Positions 1 to 17,697 of a stretch of DNA of 64,000 nucleotides are shown here, piece after piece. The stretch lies in the NCBI RefSeq assembly GCF_009914755.1, contig NC_060945.1; one strand, given 5' to 3'. This stretch comes from the human T2T-CHM13v2.0 reference genome, Homo sapiens. Both the position numbers and the translations under genes were made by a program. The notes below the pieces were generated by a model. It saw nothing but the letters and a program-made list of their open reading frames with translations, did no database searches and was not told the origin of the DNA. Within the stretch, counting starts at the first letter, position 1, and each line of letters begins with the position of its first letter.

Positions 1-2
1 AC

Positions 3-465
<463 letters not shown>

Positions 466-734
466 GTGTCCCACCCTTCCATGTTACAGAAAGGGAAGCT
501 GAAGTTCAAAAGTTTAAATGTTCTCTCTGTTGGTTAACAGATGACCGAGCTGGAGAATGACTATTAGTTGGGTTCTTTCTCTTCCCCTAGACCTTCCCCC
601 CAACAATTATGTGCAACTTTGGATCTCTTCTGGAAATACTGCACCTTATAAGCACCTTATTTGAAATATTGCAACTATATTAGCAGTATAGGCCATATAC
701 CAAAGCCTCATTACTTTAAAAGGAAAAAAAAAAG

Positions 735-851
735 AGAGATGGGGGGGCAGTCCTACTGTGTTGCTCAGGCTGGTCTTGAACTCCTGGCCTCTGGCGATCC
801 TCCTGCCTCAGCCTCCCGAATAACTGGGACATAGGTGCATTGCATTCAGCT
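735..851 (-). mobile_element. FLAM / Alu monomer
   Basis: tgttgctcaggctggtcttgaactcctgg...cctcagcctccc single arm. Confidence 0.8.
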
Positions 852-1135
852 TACTTTTGCATTACCTTAACAATAACCAAAATAAAGTTTACCATAATAT
901 CATTTATTTTTAAAAAGGGTTTAACAAGGAAATTCATAGGTAAGCCAAACTAGAAAGGAGACATCAACGTCCTCAAGAAACTTTAGAGACCAGCTTTCTC
1001 TCTGTTTGTATATAAACCATGTATATATTAATAACAAACCATTCTGATCTATATACTAAGAGAGGGTCAACTGAACTGGCAATGTTTAGTTAGTGGTTAT
1101 TTTAACTTATTCTTAATTAAAAATAAAGTTATTCT

Positions 1136-1251
1136 AGCCAGTTGCAGTGGCATGTTCCTGTAGTCCCAGCTACTCAGGAGGCTGAGGCAGGAGGATTGCT
1201 TAAGCCCAGGATTTTGAGTCCAGCCTGGATAACATAGTGAGAGCTTGTTTC
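1136..1251 (+). mobile_element. FLAM / Alu monomer
   Basis: cctgtagtcccagctactcaggaggctgaggcaggaggattgct...cagcctgg single arm. Confidence 0.8.
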
Positions 1252-2281
1252 CATTTTTCAGAAAAGTTGTTCTAGGTAGCAAGATTATGGTGATTTACTC
1301 TTCCATATTTCTTCTAAATCTTCTTCAACAAGCTTAATGCTGTAGTCCTGTCCCATATATTTTTAATGCTTTTATAATCAGAAAAATTGACTTTTTTTTT
1401 AACCCAAGTCAATTGCATCTCTTTCCGCACCCAGACTTTTCATGAATTTGGTTTGGCTTCTCTTTTAAATTTTCCCAAGACAGCAAGGAAAAGTGATCCA
1501 GCTAAGCTTTCCTTTTAGGACTTTTTACTGACTCTCCCCAGCGATTTGAAGATAACCTCCTCCTGAGCTCTCCACCCCACTCTGAAGCTGCGAGGTCCCC
1601 ACCGAACAGAACACGGTCTCCTGAGTGTCCCACCCTGCTCTTAGCGGGAGAACTCAGCTTTCGGCTCCCATAGGCATGGAAACAGTTACCAAACACTGGT
1701 TCCTAGGCCAGTGTCTCTCCTACTGCTAGTTGAAAGAATATTCCATGACTCATTGTGGACTCATCTCCCAAAGATATTAAATCTGAGTTTCAGTGAAAGC
1801 CAGTCCAGGTAAGCCCTGTACAAATAAGAACACGCCTGAGCTAAAACCAGGCTGGTGGATTCCAGCATCTTCTCTGGGCTCTTCCTGTGTCTCAGAGCGT
1901 GAGCTTGGGCTTCTACTCCGTGCCTGGGGGACCCATGCCCCCTGCCACCCCATGGCTGGAAGAGTACCCCTGTCTGGGAGAAATCAGCTATAAACGCAGA
2001 AGACAAGAGCCCTGAGGGAGGCAACCTTTCACCAGGTCCAGGGGCTTCTCCATTGGTCCTCACGGTCGGGCTCATTATCACAGCATCTTCTGATGATGTC
2101 TTTGCCTTGCTCCCATCCCTGTGGGTGGTGAAGGGCCGGGAAGGCAAGTGTGCAGGACTGTGGGTGCTGGGCTTATCTGGAGGCATCTGCTGAGGGGAGG
2201 CCAGCACATGTTTCTTAAGAACAAGGGCACGCGTCTTATCCCCTTCTCTTCCTGGTGGGCCGGGCTCCTTGGTGCAAAGCA

Positions 2282-2568
<287 letters not shown>

Positions 2569-2570
2569 TA

Positions 2571-2957
<387 letters not shown>

Positions 2958-3448
2958 TCACCACTTTCTAAGCCTGCATTTGCTGACCATCCCCACATCC
3001 TAAACCAAGCCCTCTGACCTCAGTTGTTCCTGCGAGGATGCCTTGTCCGGAGATGGCAGAGGTTCCCGCCACTGCTTTTCCGTGCCTGCCCTCCCGCCAC
3101 TGCTTTTCCCAGCACACCCTGCCACCCCAGTGTGGAGGCTCCACTGACCATCACGGGGAGAGTTCTATCGGCACCCGCCTCCTGCCCCTGTGAGATGCGT
3201 CTTGGGGGAGTCATGTGGCCTCTTGACACCTCAATTGCCTCACTGGCAAGCTAGGGATAATAATGTCACCTCCTGAATCAGCGTGGGCATTCAGGAGCTA
3301 CTGAGTGTGTAAAACCCTGCAAAAGGCAGAGGCCACTCCCATGCCAGAAACAGTCTCCACGTCTCCTTCTACAGACCCCTCCTCCGAGTCCCCTTGGTCC
3401 CCAAGGACAGCACCAGCCATCCTGTCTCCATGGCCTTTGTGTTATCAG

Positions 3449-3567
3449 TAGGGCTGCCAGACGAAACACAAGACACCCAGTTAAATTTAAATTTCAGATA
3501 AACAACAAATAATATTGAGTATAAACATGTCCCGTGCAATATTTTCATTTGCTATATCTAGTGACCT
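3449..3567. mobile_element. MER53 MITE, internally deleted
   Basis: agggctgccag...cacccagttaaatttaaatttcagataaacaac...tttgctatatctagtgacc matches the recalled MER53 ends. Confidence 0.75.
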
Positions 3568-3694
3568 GAATCTAATGAGAGGGCACGTTTCATAGGGCTG
3601 GACACCATGTGTGTTTCATCTGTGCTCCCCAACCCTCCCTCCTCCCTCCCCAGCCTGGCACACTGCCGGGCACATGGCCTCAGTATCCAATAGG

Positions 3695-4363
3695 CCGGCG
3701 GTTCTCAGCAGGGTCAGGACTGCCCCCTAGGGGCTATTTTGGAAATTCGAGGAAGCCTTTGTGATTGGCAGGATTACAGTGGGGGACTTCCTGGCCTTGA
3801 GGGGACAGGAGCCAGGGGTGCTCCAGGACCTGCCAGAATTGTCCTCTCTGTAGAGAGTTGTCCTTTACCCCACACACCATTCAGGTAAATGACAAACCCG
3901 CTTAGGACCGTCTGAGCCTGGAAACTCACTCCATAGGAACATAAAGTGGATTTTGTGCTGTATTTCCAGGAATGCAACTACTGTACTTTGTTTTAGTCTC
4001 ATGACAAATTGCATCTGTGGTTTTGAGGCCTAGGTATATTACACCTGCATCAGCCCCTCTTTGTGGCTGTGGATTCCTTCAATTGCCTCTTTCTGATGGC
4101 TTCATTGTGTCTTCTAGTGTAGATAGAGTGAGTGCTCAAGCACATTAGGCATTGAATATATTTTACTTTATTACAACCCTCCACTTTCCTTGTATTTCCT
4201 TCATATTGCACTTAATATATTATGTGTACTTAATGCATGTCTCTCATTTCAGATTCTGTGTCGTGATAGGTATATGTAACAGGAATCTGCACTATCGTCT
4301 GTGGTTTTTGTTTCAGGATGGTAAAAAGGCTGTTATAAAAGATTTGTTATGAAAGGGGTCACC
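3695..4363 (+). mobile_element. MER20B-like hAT element (resumes at ~5288-5328)
   Basis: Starts cggcggttctcagcaggg; matching end aggttgagagccac at ~5314-5327 after nested insertions. Confidence 0.55.
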
Positions 4364-4914
<551 letters not shown>

Positions 4915-4920
4915 CTGTTA

Positions 4921-5266
4921 ATTTATTTATTTTTAACTTTTATTTTAGTTTCGGGAGTACGTGTGCAGGCTGGTTATATAGTTAAATTAGCATCACGGGT
5001 TTATTGCACAGATTATTTCACCACCCAGGTATTAAGCCCCGTACCCAGTAATTATCTTTTCTGCTCCTCTCCCTCCTCCCACCCTCCCCCTCAAGTCAGC
5101 CCCAGTGTGTGTTGTTCCCTTCTCTGTGCTCCTGAGTTCTCATCATTTAGATCCCACTTATAAATGAGAACATGCGGTATTTGGTTTTCCGTTCCTGTGT
5201 TAGTTTGCTAAGGATAACGGTGTCCAGCTCCATCCATTTCCCTGCAAAGAAAATGATCTCCTTCTT
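4921..5266 (-). mobile_element. L1PA13-16-like 3' end fragment
   Basis: gattatttcaccacccaggtattaagc...cccacttataaatgagaacatgcggtatttggttttc. Confidence 0.85.
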
Positions 5267-5804
5267 AAAAAAATTATCCTTTTAAGCGAGAGGAGTCACC
5301 AAGTCCTGACTTCAGGTTGAGAGCCACCCAAGAGGTGGATCCAAGGGTTTCTCTTCCAGCCTGCCGGCTAGTCCTGCTTTGTGTGGAGTTCCTCCTCAGG
5401 AGAGCTTGCCTACGGGAAGGTGCAAGCACCTGAGAGCTCCATCCACTTCCCAGCAGCAGAAACGGGGAGCCGGGCTGCTGCTTCCACTCCTATCTCCAGC
5501 CCTTGGTTGCTTGTCCTTTGGGGTAGCCAGACGCAGGCTCAAACCCCAGGTCGTATGGCAGGTGGCCTGGCCTTAGAAAGTCTAAATGAAGGCAGAGGGG
5601 CCTCGGCGGGTCACACCCCTCTGCACTGGCTGAGGCCCATCGCCCACCTGGCTCCCCTGCCAGCCCCCAGACCCCGGCCCCTACCCCTCACTTCTCACTG
5701 TCGGTGGGCTGCTTCCCTCACTTCTCCCTCCAAATCCACCTGCACACCTGGGCCACGTCCTCTGCAGAATAAGGGAGGCCTTGAATGTGAACTAATTTTA
5801 TTTA

Positions 5805-5945
5805 GCGTAAGCCCGGCTGCCCGGGTCTTCTGTGCACGTCTCCCAACTGGGATCTCTGGAATCTCTCTCTCCTGGCTGTCAGGTGCACCTGCCCACCAGG
5901 CCTCACAGCCCGCATCACTACAGATCCAGCCGGGGTGAGTCACCA
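5805..5945 (+). repeat. Local duplication A, copy 1
   Basis: About 10 differences in ~141 nt versus 7158-7299 (hand alignment). Confidence 0.95.
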
Positions 5946-6310
5946 ACAGCAAAAAAAGGGGGTGGGAGGAGAATGCACGTGTACACACTTCAGAATTTGT
6001 GAAGCTCTCCTCCATTCCTGGCTCCGTGTCAGGCACCAAACAGACACATAATTCACAAGTTCTCCCATCTGCCCTGAAGGATTCAAGGTCAGACAGTAGA
6101 ACTGGGGGGCCACTGTCATCCCAGGGTGCCTCCTTACACATCTGAGCTGCGAGGAAGATTCCGCTCATCTGCAGGGAATTAAAGCAGGTGAGCAAACCGT
6201 TACTGCTCAGCTGCTGTTAGACAGTGGGATGGGAAATGCTTAACATTTGGAAAAGGAGAAAAGGAGGAAAAAGGGGATGATTTTAAAGACAGATAACTTA
6301 TTTCCTGGAC

Positions 6311-6371
6311 AACATTGAAATACATTAAAATATATTGAATTACGTTGAAATACATTGAAAAACATTGAAAT
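6311..6371. repeat. Degenerate 10-bp tandem repeat (t/aacattgaaa) x6
   Basis: aacattgaaa tacattaaaa tatattgaat tacgttgaaa tacattgaaa aacattgaaa. Confidence 0.9.
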
Positions 6372-6456
6372 TTCCTAGACAGCATGAAATACAACTTGGT
6401 CTCTGGGCCCAAGGCCAGAACGGTGGTCCTGTTGCTCCTGTCTTAGGTGAGCTTGC

Positions 6457-6615
6457 TCCCCCCTCTCCTGGCCCTCTCTCCCTCTCTCCCCTTCTCTTCT
6501 CCTTCTCTCCTTCTCTCTCGCCCTCTTCCTTTCCTCTCTTCTGTTTGGTCTTCCTCCCTCTTTCTCTCTCTTCCTCTCCCTCCTGCTCTCTCTCCCCTAC
6601 TCCCTGCTTCTCTCC
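6457..6615. repeat. CT-rich low complexity
   Basis: Nearly pure pyrimidine tract. Confidence 0.9.
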
Positions 6616-7157
6616 ATGTTATCCCAGGATTCCTCGTCACCTAACAACATTGTCACCTGCCTATGAGTGGGACGTTGAATGTGTCCATTCTGCAGGGAGA
6701 GAGGGACACTGACGGCTGCCCTTCATGGGGAAGCAGCATGTCTTTCCCCCTTTACTTTAAACCTCTTTGCTCCTCTGACTTTCCCATCTCTGTTCCCCTT
6801 CACCTCTCACCCTCTCTTTCTCATTGTCCTCTTTGTCTCCCTTTCCTTCCCCCTTTCTCATGGCAGAAACAGTGCCCTATTCTCACCAGTGACTTCCCGT
6901 CGCTGGAAGGTGGCATGTCCCGGCCTCCCTTGCAGCTAGAGGGACAAATGCTACTCCAGGCCCACCTGGAAAGCCCTGTGCAGCCCCGGCCACCTTGCCC
7001 ACTGCCTGAGGGCAAGCTTAGAGGCATGTGCTGGAAGAGTGGAGAGCCCCTACTCACTCTGCAGCGGACTTTGTCACACTGAGCCACTGAGACTGGGGGC
7101 TATTTGTTACCACAGCCAACCCCTGCCCATCCTAAAGATTACGCTCCTCCCCTCCAT

Positions 7158-7299
7158 GCATAAGCCCGGCTGCCTGGGTCTTCTGTGCACCTCTCCCTGC
7201 TGGGATCTCTGGAATCTCTCTCTCCTGGCTGCCAGGTGCACCTGCCCACCAGGCCTCACAGCCCACATCGCTTGCAGATCCAGCCGGGGTGAGTCACCA
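7158..7299 (+). repeat. Local duplication A, copy 2
   Basis: Direct repeat of 5805-5945. Confidence 0.95.
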
Positions 7300-7665
7300 T
7301 CAATAGCAAGGACCCAGTGCCCAGCAAGCCTCCATTCACTCCACTCCTTCACATTGGTGGGACAAGGCTGGGAGCTGAAGTCACAAAACAAGGCCTGGTA
7401 ACAACACTCCAGGCCCTGGAGAGCCCTCTGCCCCCGGGGCCCTGACAAGAGCCTCCCAGGGAAGGCTCCATGCCTCTGGGGAAGTGCTGGAAGCTCAGCA
7501 AGAAGCTCTCTGTGACTTAGACTGAGCCGGGCTGCGCAGGTGAGGTCCGCAGCATTCTGCTCTAGGAAGCTAGCCTTGACCGTGCTCATGACCTCCCAGC
7601 TCTCCAGCCCGAGGCATGCCCCAGTGGGAGAGGAGGAGGGTGCAGAGGAGAGCAGAGGAAATGGG

Positions 7666-8673
<1,008 letters not shown>

Positions 8674-9040
8674 TGATGGGGAGAGAGGAAAAGACCGGGG
8701 GAGAGAGAGAGAGAGAGCTTGTCTGCATCTTCCAGCTCTTCTGTCCTAGGAAGCACCTGTGGCCTTAGACTCTGGGTGACTCTCTGCATCCCCTTGGCCT
8801 CATCCAGTTTGAGACAAATCTCTAACATGACTGACATAGAATCCTAATACTTCATTTAGATGGACATATTCAGACCTCTTTTATTTAGTTGTTGGAATGA
8901 ATGGAATTAAATTTTCTAACAATTTGACTTGAGTGATCAGACTAGACTTAAAAGTCATTTTCCATTTCCAGGTCTCAGATAGACAGGAGAAAGCTTAGCA
9001 AATTTTAAAGACTACTATAGGTGTCTAATCTGGAGAATAA

Positions 9041-9428
<388 letters not shown>

Positions 9429-9759
9429 AAGGGTAGATACATTTTTTAATTGCCTTTAATTTTTGCTGGGCTTTTGTTGAAGGATCTAAATCTCTTTCAT
9501 GAAACATTCAATGTTGCACAGCTTTCTGCTATGTCAGTAGTGAAATGTTAAATCTACAAAAACGTTATCCTGAGTGTCTTAGTTTGGTTCCAACTGCTTA
9601 ATAAAGAAGAAAATACAGAATATATTAAATCAATTATCAAAGAGTTCACTCAACCCAAACCAGCAGAATAGCATCCATGGCATTCACCGCCTCCAGCTGG
9701 CCTGATCTGGGGCTTCTAGCTAGCTTCTCAATCTATCTTCTTCTTTCCTTACTAATACA

Positions 9760-10125
9760 ACTGGATTCTGTATAGGCTGCAATGTGCTCAAACTAAAAGA
9801 CTGCATTTCCCTCCCTCTCTTGCATATGAAAGAAACCAATAACATCTAAACAGAACTCTTCAAATAAAGCCTTTTGCCCTTTGCTGGCTCCATATCTGGA
9901 ATGTAGATGTGCTAGCTGGAGTGCCAGCAGCCATTTTGGGACAACAAGCCCACCTTGAGGAGAGAAGCTAATAAGGATAGCCAAGCAGAAAAACTGAGAA
10001 ACCTAAATCCTAGATGGAGCTACCATACAAGCCCTGCACTGCCTCCCTCCTAGCTTCTTTCACATGTGCAAAGAAGCACCTAATTCATTTAGGCTACTAG
10101 TAACAGTTACATTGCTGTTACTAGT
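9760..10125 (+). mobile_element. Old ERVL/MaLR LTR (MLT1K/LTR16-like)
   Basis: aaagactgcatttccc...gctggagtgccagcagccattttg...agccctgcactgcct. Confidence 0.5.
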
Positions 10126-11706
10126 GTTCACACACAGTTAATAACTAATTCAGGTTGAAAAACATCTTTTCTAAAATGTGTTGTTACATAAAAAATATGA
10201 AGATCACAATTGAAAGAGTATCAACATTTTGCAACCTGGTCCTGTGCTTCATTTCCTATCATTGAAGCTTCTAGTGCCAACTGCAGCATTCCAGAAGGCA
10301 GTTTCCTCCAGGTTCTGGATTTCTTCTGCCTCTCAAAAATCTAATTCTGTGAGTTTGAAATCTAATTCTGTGCCTCCTGTCTCTTTACCTTCAAATCTAG
10401 AGCTTTCCTTGGGGCTGTTTCCACAACCCCCCTCCCCACCCCCATCACACACAGATTCTTCCTCATCATGCACCAGGCACCTGTCTGCCTGTCCACCTGC
10501 TGCACCTCAAGGATGCCATGACATCATTGTATCTAAACAACCCAACTAACCAAACAAGTCTTACTGCAAATCCCACTCTCCCACCCCGTATGTATCAGAT
10601 GACCTTGGGATCAACCTTGGTAAGAGAGTCTTCATCCAGAAGGATCAGGTGATCCTTGTCCTTTAGTATTTGTGTTTTCCGTCTTGTGTCCTGTTTGGGT
10701 AGAGTACATAGTGGTTGAGAGATGGGGTTTGGGGTCAGGTAGCCCCAGCTTTCAGGCAGACACATCACTTCATGTCTCTGAGTATAGTCTAAGAAGCTGC
10801 TATAGTCTAAGAAGTAGGATGAATATTCCAGTTCACAGGTGGCTGTGGTAAGGGATGCCCTTATAAATGTGCATACAGATGAGGTCATGTAAAGACTTTA
10901 CTTGGATGGAATGGTCTCATACATGCTTCCTCCTTTCTCTTGAACAAACATATCTATCTCATGTCTCATTCTCTTAAGGGCAGGGGAGGCAAGATAAAGA
11001 AAAGCATTAATTTAAGTAATTTGCAGCAATCCGTGGCTGAAAACAGTTCAAGGTGCTACCCTTTAGGCAGTGGAATTCTAACAAAGAAACTATGAAAGCA
11101 CCAATCCATCCATCCACCAACTCAAAGAGCTGGAGGGCGGTGGCAGGCAGCGGGGGTGGAGGGTGGGCACGCGGATACCACAGGTGATGGCTTCACCTCT
11201 CTGGGCTCAGTTTATTCTGAGTGACACTGTTGGACTAGATGGTCTCTAAGTCCCTCCTAGTCCGAAATTTCAAGATTTTTTAGTATTTTTTTTTCTGAAC
11301 AAGGTGCTTTTTGATAGCACCTGTCAGCTCACCTTTTCCAGGGCCAGACATTTGCTGTAGTGATTCTTCCTGGGGTCGGCCTTAATGACAGTAGCTTTCT
11401 CCAACCACAGCCATATTCCATGAGCACCTGTAGTCCTGCTTTGCCACTTCTATGATCACATGGGTGACTCCATGCACCCCACTGCTGCCACGTGCGTCAG
11501 GTGCCTGAGTTTCTTTCTTTGTGATGGTGAGGTGTCCCACCAAAGTGACCATATTGGACTTTCATCATCATGGGAGATGCTGGTAACTGGCATGCCCAAA
11601 TGTTAAAATGCCATCACTTCCACTCCACCACTGAATCATCCCAGACTCTTTCAAAAGTTATAGAGAACAAAGCCCTTTGGTTCAGATCATTTGCAACTGA
11701 GAATCA

Positions 11707-11772
11707 GAAGTAAAGGAAAGAGGAAGAGGAGGAGGAAGAAGAGGAGGAAAGAGAGGATGAGGAAGAAGAGCA
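11707..11772. repeat. GA-rich low complexity
   Basis: gaggaagaggaggaggaagaagagg... Confidence 0.85.
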
Positions 11773-11999
11773 GATGATTCTTCTTTAGAAAAACTGAAGA
11801 AACTGCCTGAGTGAAACCCATGGTAGGTGATTGCACCTAACAAAATCCACCCCTGTGTGGCATTTGATGGCCACCAAGTCAAAACACTCAGGTCCCTGTC
11901 CACTGCTCTCATGGGAAGCTGGCCAGCCACACTCCTGTATGTGGAGGTCCCATCGGCTTTCCTGCTCATGGAAGAGGCCTAACCATAAGACAGATTTAG

Positions 12000-12359
<360 letters not shown>

Positions 12360-12578
12360 TACCCTCTCATTCTTAGGTACGATAGACAAATAAGGTCGCA
12401 AAACGTATGGAGTGAAAAACAAAGCTAAACAGACAGTACTATTTCTCATGGAGGAAACAGAAAGAATGCAGAAGGGGATGGGAAACACTCTCAACAGCAG
12501 GCTGAAAGATTTGAGAAAATGTCGCATTCTGAACCAGAAAAAGATGCCATAAAAGCCAATTGAAGAATAAGAAAGAAC

Positions 12579-12875
12579 TTTTTTTTTTTTTGAGACAGAG
12601 TCTTGCTTTGTTGCCCAAGCTGGAGTGTAGTGGTGCAATCTTGGCTCACTGAAACCTCCGCCTCCCAGGTTCAAGCGATTTTCCTTCCTCTGTCTCCAGA
12701 GTAGACGAGATTACAGGTGCCCACCACCACTCCCGGCTAATTTTTGTTTTTTTTTAGTGGAGACGGGGTTTCGCCATGTTGGCCAGGCTGGTCTCGAACT
12801 TCTGACCTCAAGTGATCTGCCTGCCTTGGCCTCCCAAAGTGCTGGGATTACAGGCGTGAGTCACTGTGCCCAGCC
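12579..12875 (-). mobile_element. AluSx-like
   Basis: Reverse dimer; TSD gaaagaact on both sides. Confidence 0.95.
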
Positions 12876-12879
12876 AGAA

Positions 12880-13415
12880 AGAACTCTTAAGCAGTAAAAG
12901 TGTCATTGCCAAAAGAAATCAGAAAAAACCCCGAAAATTTAAGTCAAAGAAATATGCCAGCGGGAAAAAGAAAACAGCTCAAAGATTTTGAAGGGTCAAA
13001 GAAAAAACTAGAGATGTAGCCGATCAATCCAGCAGGTCCAAGGGGTGGTTAACATGAGTCCTAAGAGACACAGCCAGAGAAAATTGAGGGGAAGAGGGAT
13101 GATTTCAAAGAAATAATAGAAAAACATTCCTAGAGCTATAAAAAGGACATGAGTCTTCAGATGGGTCTCGCAGTAGAAAGGAGGAAACACACCCTTAGGC
13201 AGATCTCCATGAAACTTCAGAACACCAGGAATAAAAAGATCTTTAAAATGTCCAGAGAGAGATTGCAAGCCTCCTGCCTAAGAATGAGGGTTAGGCTGGC
13301 ATCAGCAATAGTGGGTGCTAAAAGACAATGAAATGACACCTTCTGAGTTTGGAGGGGAAATACTTTTCAAGGTGAAATTTGATAGTTAGCAAAGCTACCA
13401 ATTATGAGCACAAAA
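12880..13415 (+). mobile_element. Ancient L1 ORF1-like remnant (HAL1/L1M)
   Basis: A-rich; aaagaaataatagaaaaacattcctagagct...gaaacttcagaacacc...aaaagacaatgaaatgacaccttc. Confidence 0.6.
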
Positions 13416-13417
13416 TG

Positions 13418-14561
<1,144 letters not shown>

Positions 14562-14585
14562 TATTTTTATTTTTTTAAAAGCATC

Positions 14586-14830
14586 AGGTAGGCAGCATGA
14601 GAACACAGACTCTGAGGCCAGAACACCTGAGTTGAAATCTTAGCTCTGCTGCTTACCAGCTCTGGTGATCTTGGGCAAGTTGTTTAACCCCTCTGTGCTT
14701 CCTTTGTTCCACAGAGTAAGGCTATTAGTAGCACCTACCTCATAGGCTTGTTGGTAGGACTAAAGGATTTTGTAACATTCAGAATGGTGCATGGCACATA
14801 GTAATAATGCTATGCATAAGAGTTAATTAC
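14586..14830 (+). mobile_element. MIR
   Basis: Core gtgatcttgggcaagttgtttaacccctctgtgc...cacctacctcatagg. Confidence 0.8.
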
Positions 14831-15575
14831 ATAAATATATAGGTAATCTTCTAAAAGAAAAAGAAATTAAAGTAGGTCTGTAACCACCCAAGTAGGAGAG
14901 CATGAGACTGGAGTTTAACACCAGCTTAAGGTGCTATTCATGGTTTCTGGGCCCAGCCTTGGAGGGTCACCGACTCAGCAACGTGTCTCCCACCTCCCTA
15001 AGGAGGGCTGGCCTACCCCTGCAACTCTCTCTTTGCCTACAGGGTTATCTCCTCCTTTCCCAGGCAGAGGGTAAAACCCGCAGAGATGCCCACAGACCTG
15101 GCCCACAGACCTGAAGTCCACTGTAGGGTGAAGAGAAGCTTGTTTTGGGATAGTTTATGACTGACTTTGCCTGGGAGGTGGCACCCAAGAGTCCCGTTTG
15201 CTGAGGAACCCCAGGTGGCTGGGATTAAAGGGCCACACATCTGTAAAATTTCTTGCAGGAGACATAACTCTGAGGACTCTCTGATGCCAGGGTGTCCCCT
15301 GGCAGCCCTGATGCCCTTCTTCTGATAATTCCCAGCTCCATCCCTGCATGTCCAGGCAAAGTCAGCCCCCAGCGCTGGCCTCAGGGCGGGGGCTTCCTCC
15401 CAACAGCACGGCTGGCGAGTCCCGGGAGGTCTGTTTTCAGCTTCCCTTCTCTCTGTTTCCGTGGGAAATGACCTGTCCTGTTTCTCTCTGTCTTGTGCTC
15501 CCAGGTAACTTGGAAGGCTGGGAGAATCCCTCATGTCTTTCCATTATGGGAGATGTCCTTCTTTATTGCCTACAA

Positions 15576-15738
15576 CAGGGGTTGGCAAACTTTTTCTAGA
15601 AAGGGCCAGATGGGAAATCTTTTCGGCTTTGAGAGCCGTTTGATCTCTGTTGCCACTGCTCAACCCCAATTGGATTGCAAAAGGGGCCGGGAGAACACAT
15701 AAATGAAAGGGTGTGGCTAGATTCCAACACAACTCCAT
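15576..15738 (+). mobile_element. MER58A-like 5' part (3' part at ~16350-16410)
   Basis: caggggttggcaaactttttct...aagggccaga; other end ggctggatttgacc...gtttgccagctcc. Confidence 0.7.
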
Positions 15739-15739
15739 G

Positions 15740-15965
15740 CAATACAGACTGATGTCATGGACTTTAGAGACCCAGGAAGGGGAGGGAGGCCAGGGATAAA
15801 AAACTACACATTAGGTACAATGTACACTACTCAGGTGATGGGTACCCCAAAATCTCAGAATCACCATTTTGTTATAATAGAGCAAATTATATTATAACGT
15901 ACTTATGATATAATCCATCCATGTAACAAAAAAAAAAACACTCGTACCCCAAAAGGTATTGAAAT
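15740..15965 (+). mobile_element. L1PB/L1MA 3' end fragment
   Basis: gggataaaaaactacacattaggtacaatgtacactactcaggtgatgggt. Confidence 0.75.
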
Positions 15966-16174
15966 TTTTTAAAAATTTAGGATCAACAAAATATTTTATA
16001 TGTTCAGAACATGGTAAGGAGTGATAAAAAGCAAGTTTCAGAATAGCACGTATAGTAAATACATACATGTGATATGTAAAAAGTATGTGCTTACAACTGT
16101 TTGGCTCAATATGAAATGCATAGACATGCCTAGAGAGATGTCCTTCCAAATATTGTCAATAATCATCTTTAAAC

Positions 16175-16315
16175 CAGGTGAGGTGGCTCATCCCTATAAT
16201 CTCAGCATTTTGCGAGCCGAAGGCAGGAGGATTGCTTGAGGCCAGGAATTCAAGACCAGCCTGGTCAAGAGAGACCCTATCTCTACAAAAATTAAAAATA
16301 AACAAATAAATACAA
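16175..16315 (+). mobile_element. FLAM_C / Alu left monomer
   Basis: Single left arm followed by A-rich tail. Confidence 0.8.
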
Positions 16316-16429
16316 ATAATCATCTCTAAAAAACAAATCAAAAAATAAAACTTTTTGCAAATGGGTGGTGGGCTGGATTTGACCTACTGGTCATGGTTTG
16401 CCAGCTCCTAGCCTGTGAGGCTAAAGAAT

Positions 16430-16891
<462 letters not shown>

Positions 16892-17697
16892 CTAGTGCCT
16901 TGGAGCACACTGCTGCTCATTAAAACTCCAGAATCCCTCCCTGGAAATTTGTTCCTTTCTGATGTGCCGTTTACACAGCTCTCAGCAACTGGCACCGGTT
17001 CTGAGAATATTTTATGACTACCTTTTGCTGGGCAAATGCCAACCCTCTGAAGATGAAGAGAGGGGAAGTTCTGTTCATTTTGCTTCACGGAGAAGAACCA
17101 TCTCTTGCCCGATGACTCTGGTGTCCTCCTGCATTCTGGTACATTCTTCAGTGGCACGAATAGGACCATTCCATGGCTAACGCCACTCACCAAAGCCTCC
17201 ATCCCCTTTCAGATGGGAAGGAAACTGGGCATCCAGAATCTTGTTATGACACAGGCGATTCCAAACGAAAAGGGCCCCTCAGGTTTTATTAATGTATTTT
17301 CTGGCTGTTAGATAAAACAGCAGTGTTTTGGAGTCAAAGAAACATGAGGCCTCTTCCTAGATGATAGACTATGTTTTGAAGAATGAGTTTAGGTCTCCCT
17401 TTAGTTTATCCAATGAACAAGGTATGAAGTTGTTTTTCCCTCACAGCAAGGTTTCTTCAGAACAGGATTTGAAAGTGCCTGCAAGTGGCTGAGAGAGACC
17501 TTTCTCTGAGGTGAAGAGCAGATGAAACATTCACTAAACAGGCTGGGTTTCCTGAGTCTTGAAGGCAAACATGAAAAGTCTGTGAAGGATGCTTTCTAAA
17601 GACACATAAGAAAGGAGGGGAGGAGAGTGGGGAGAGGACAGGAAGCTGAGGCTGCAGCGAGGCAAGAGTTTGCGTCCCCATCTTGTGTTCTTTTGGA

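Noticed and set aside
3449-3567. MER53-derived miRNA hairpin
   Set aside because: One arm of the internal palindrome is deleted, so the long stem cannot form
5381-7589. Several overlapping 115-185 aa ORFs
   Set aside because: GC-rich and CT-rich low-complexity sequence depleted of stop codons; no homology recognised
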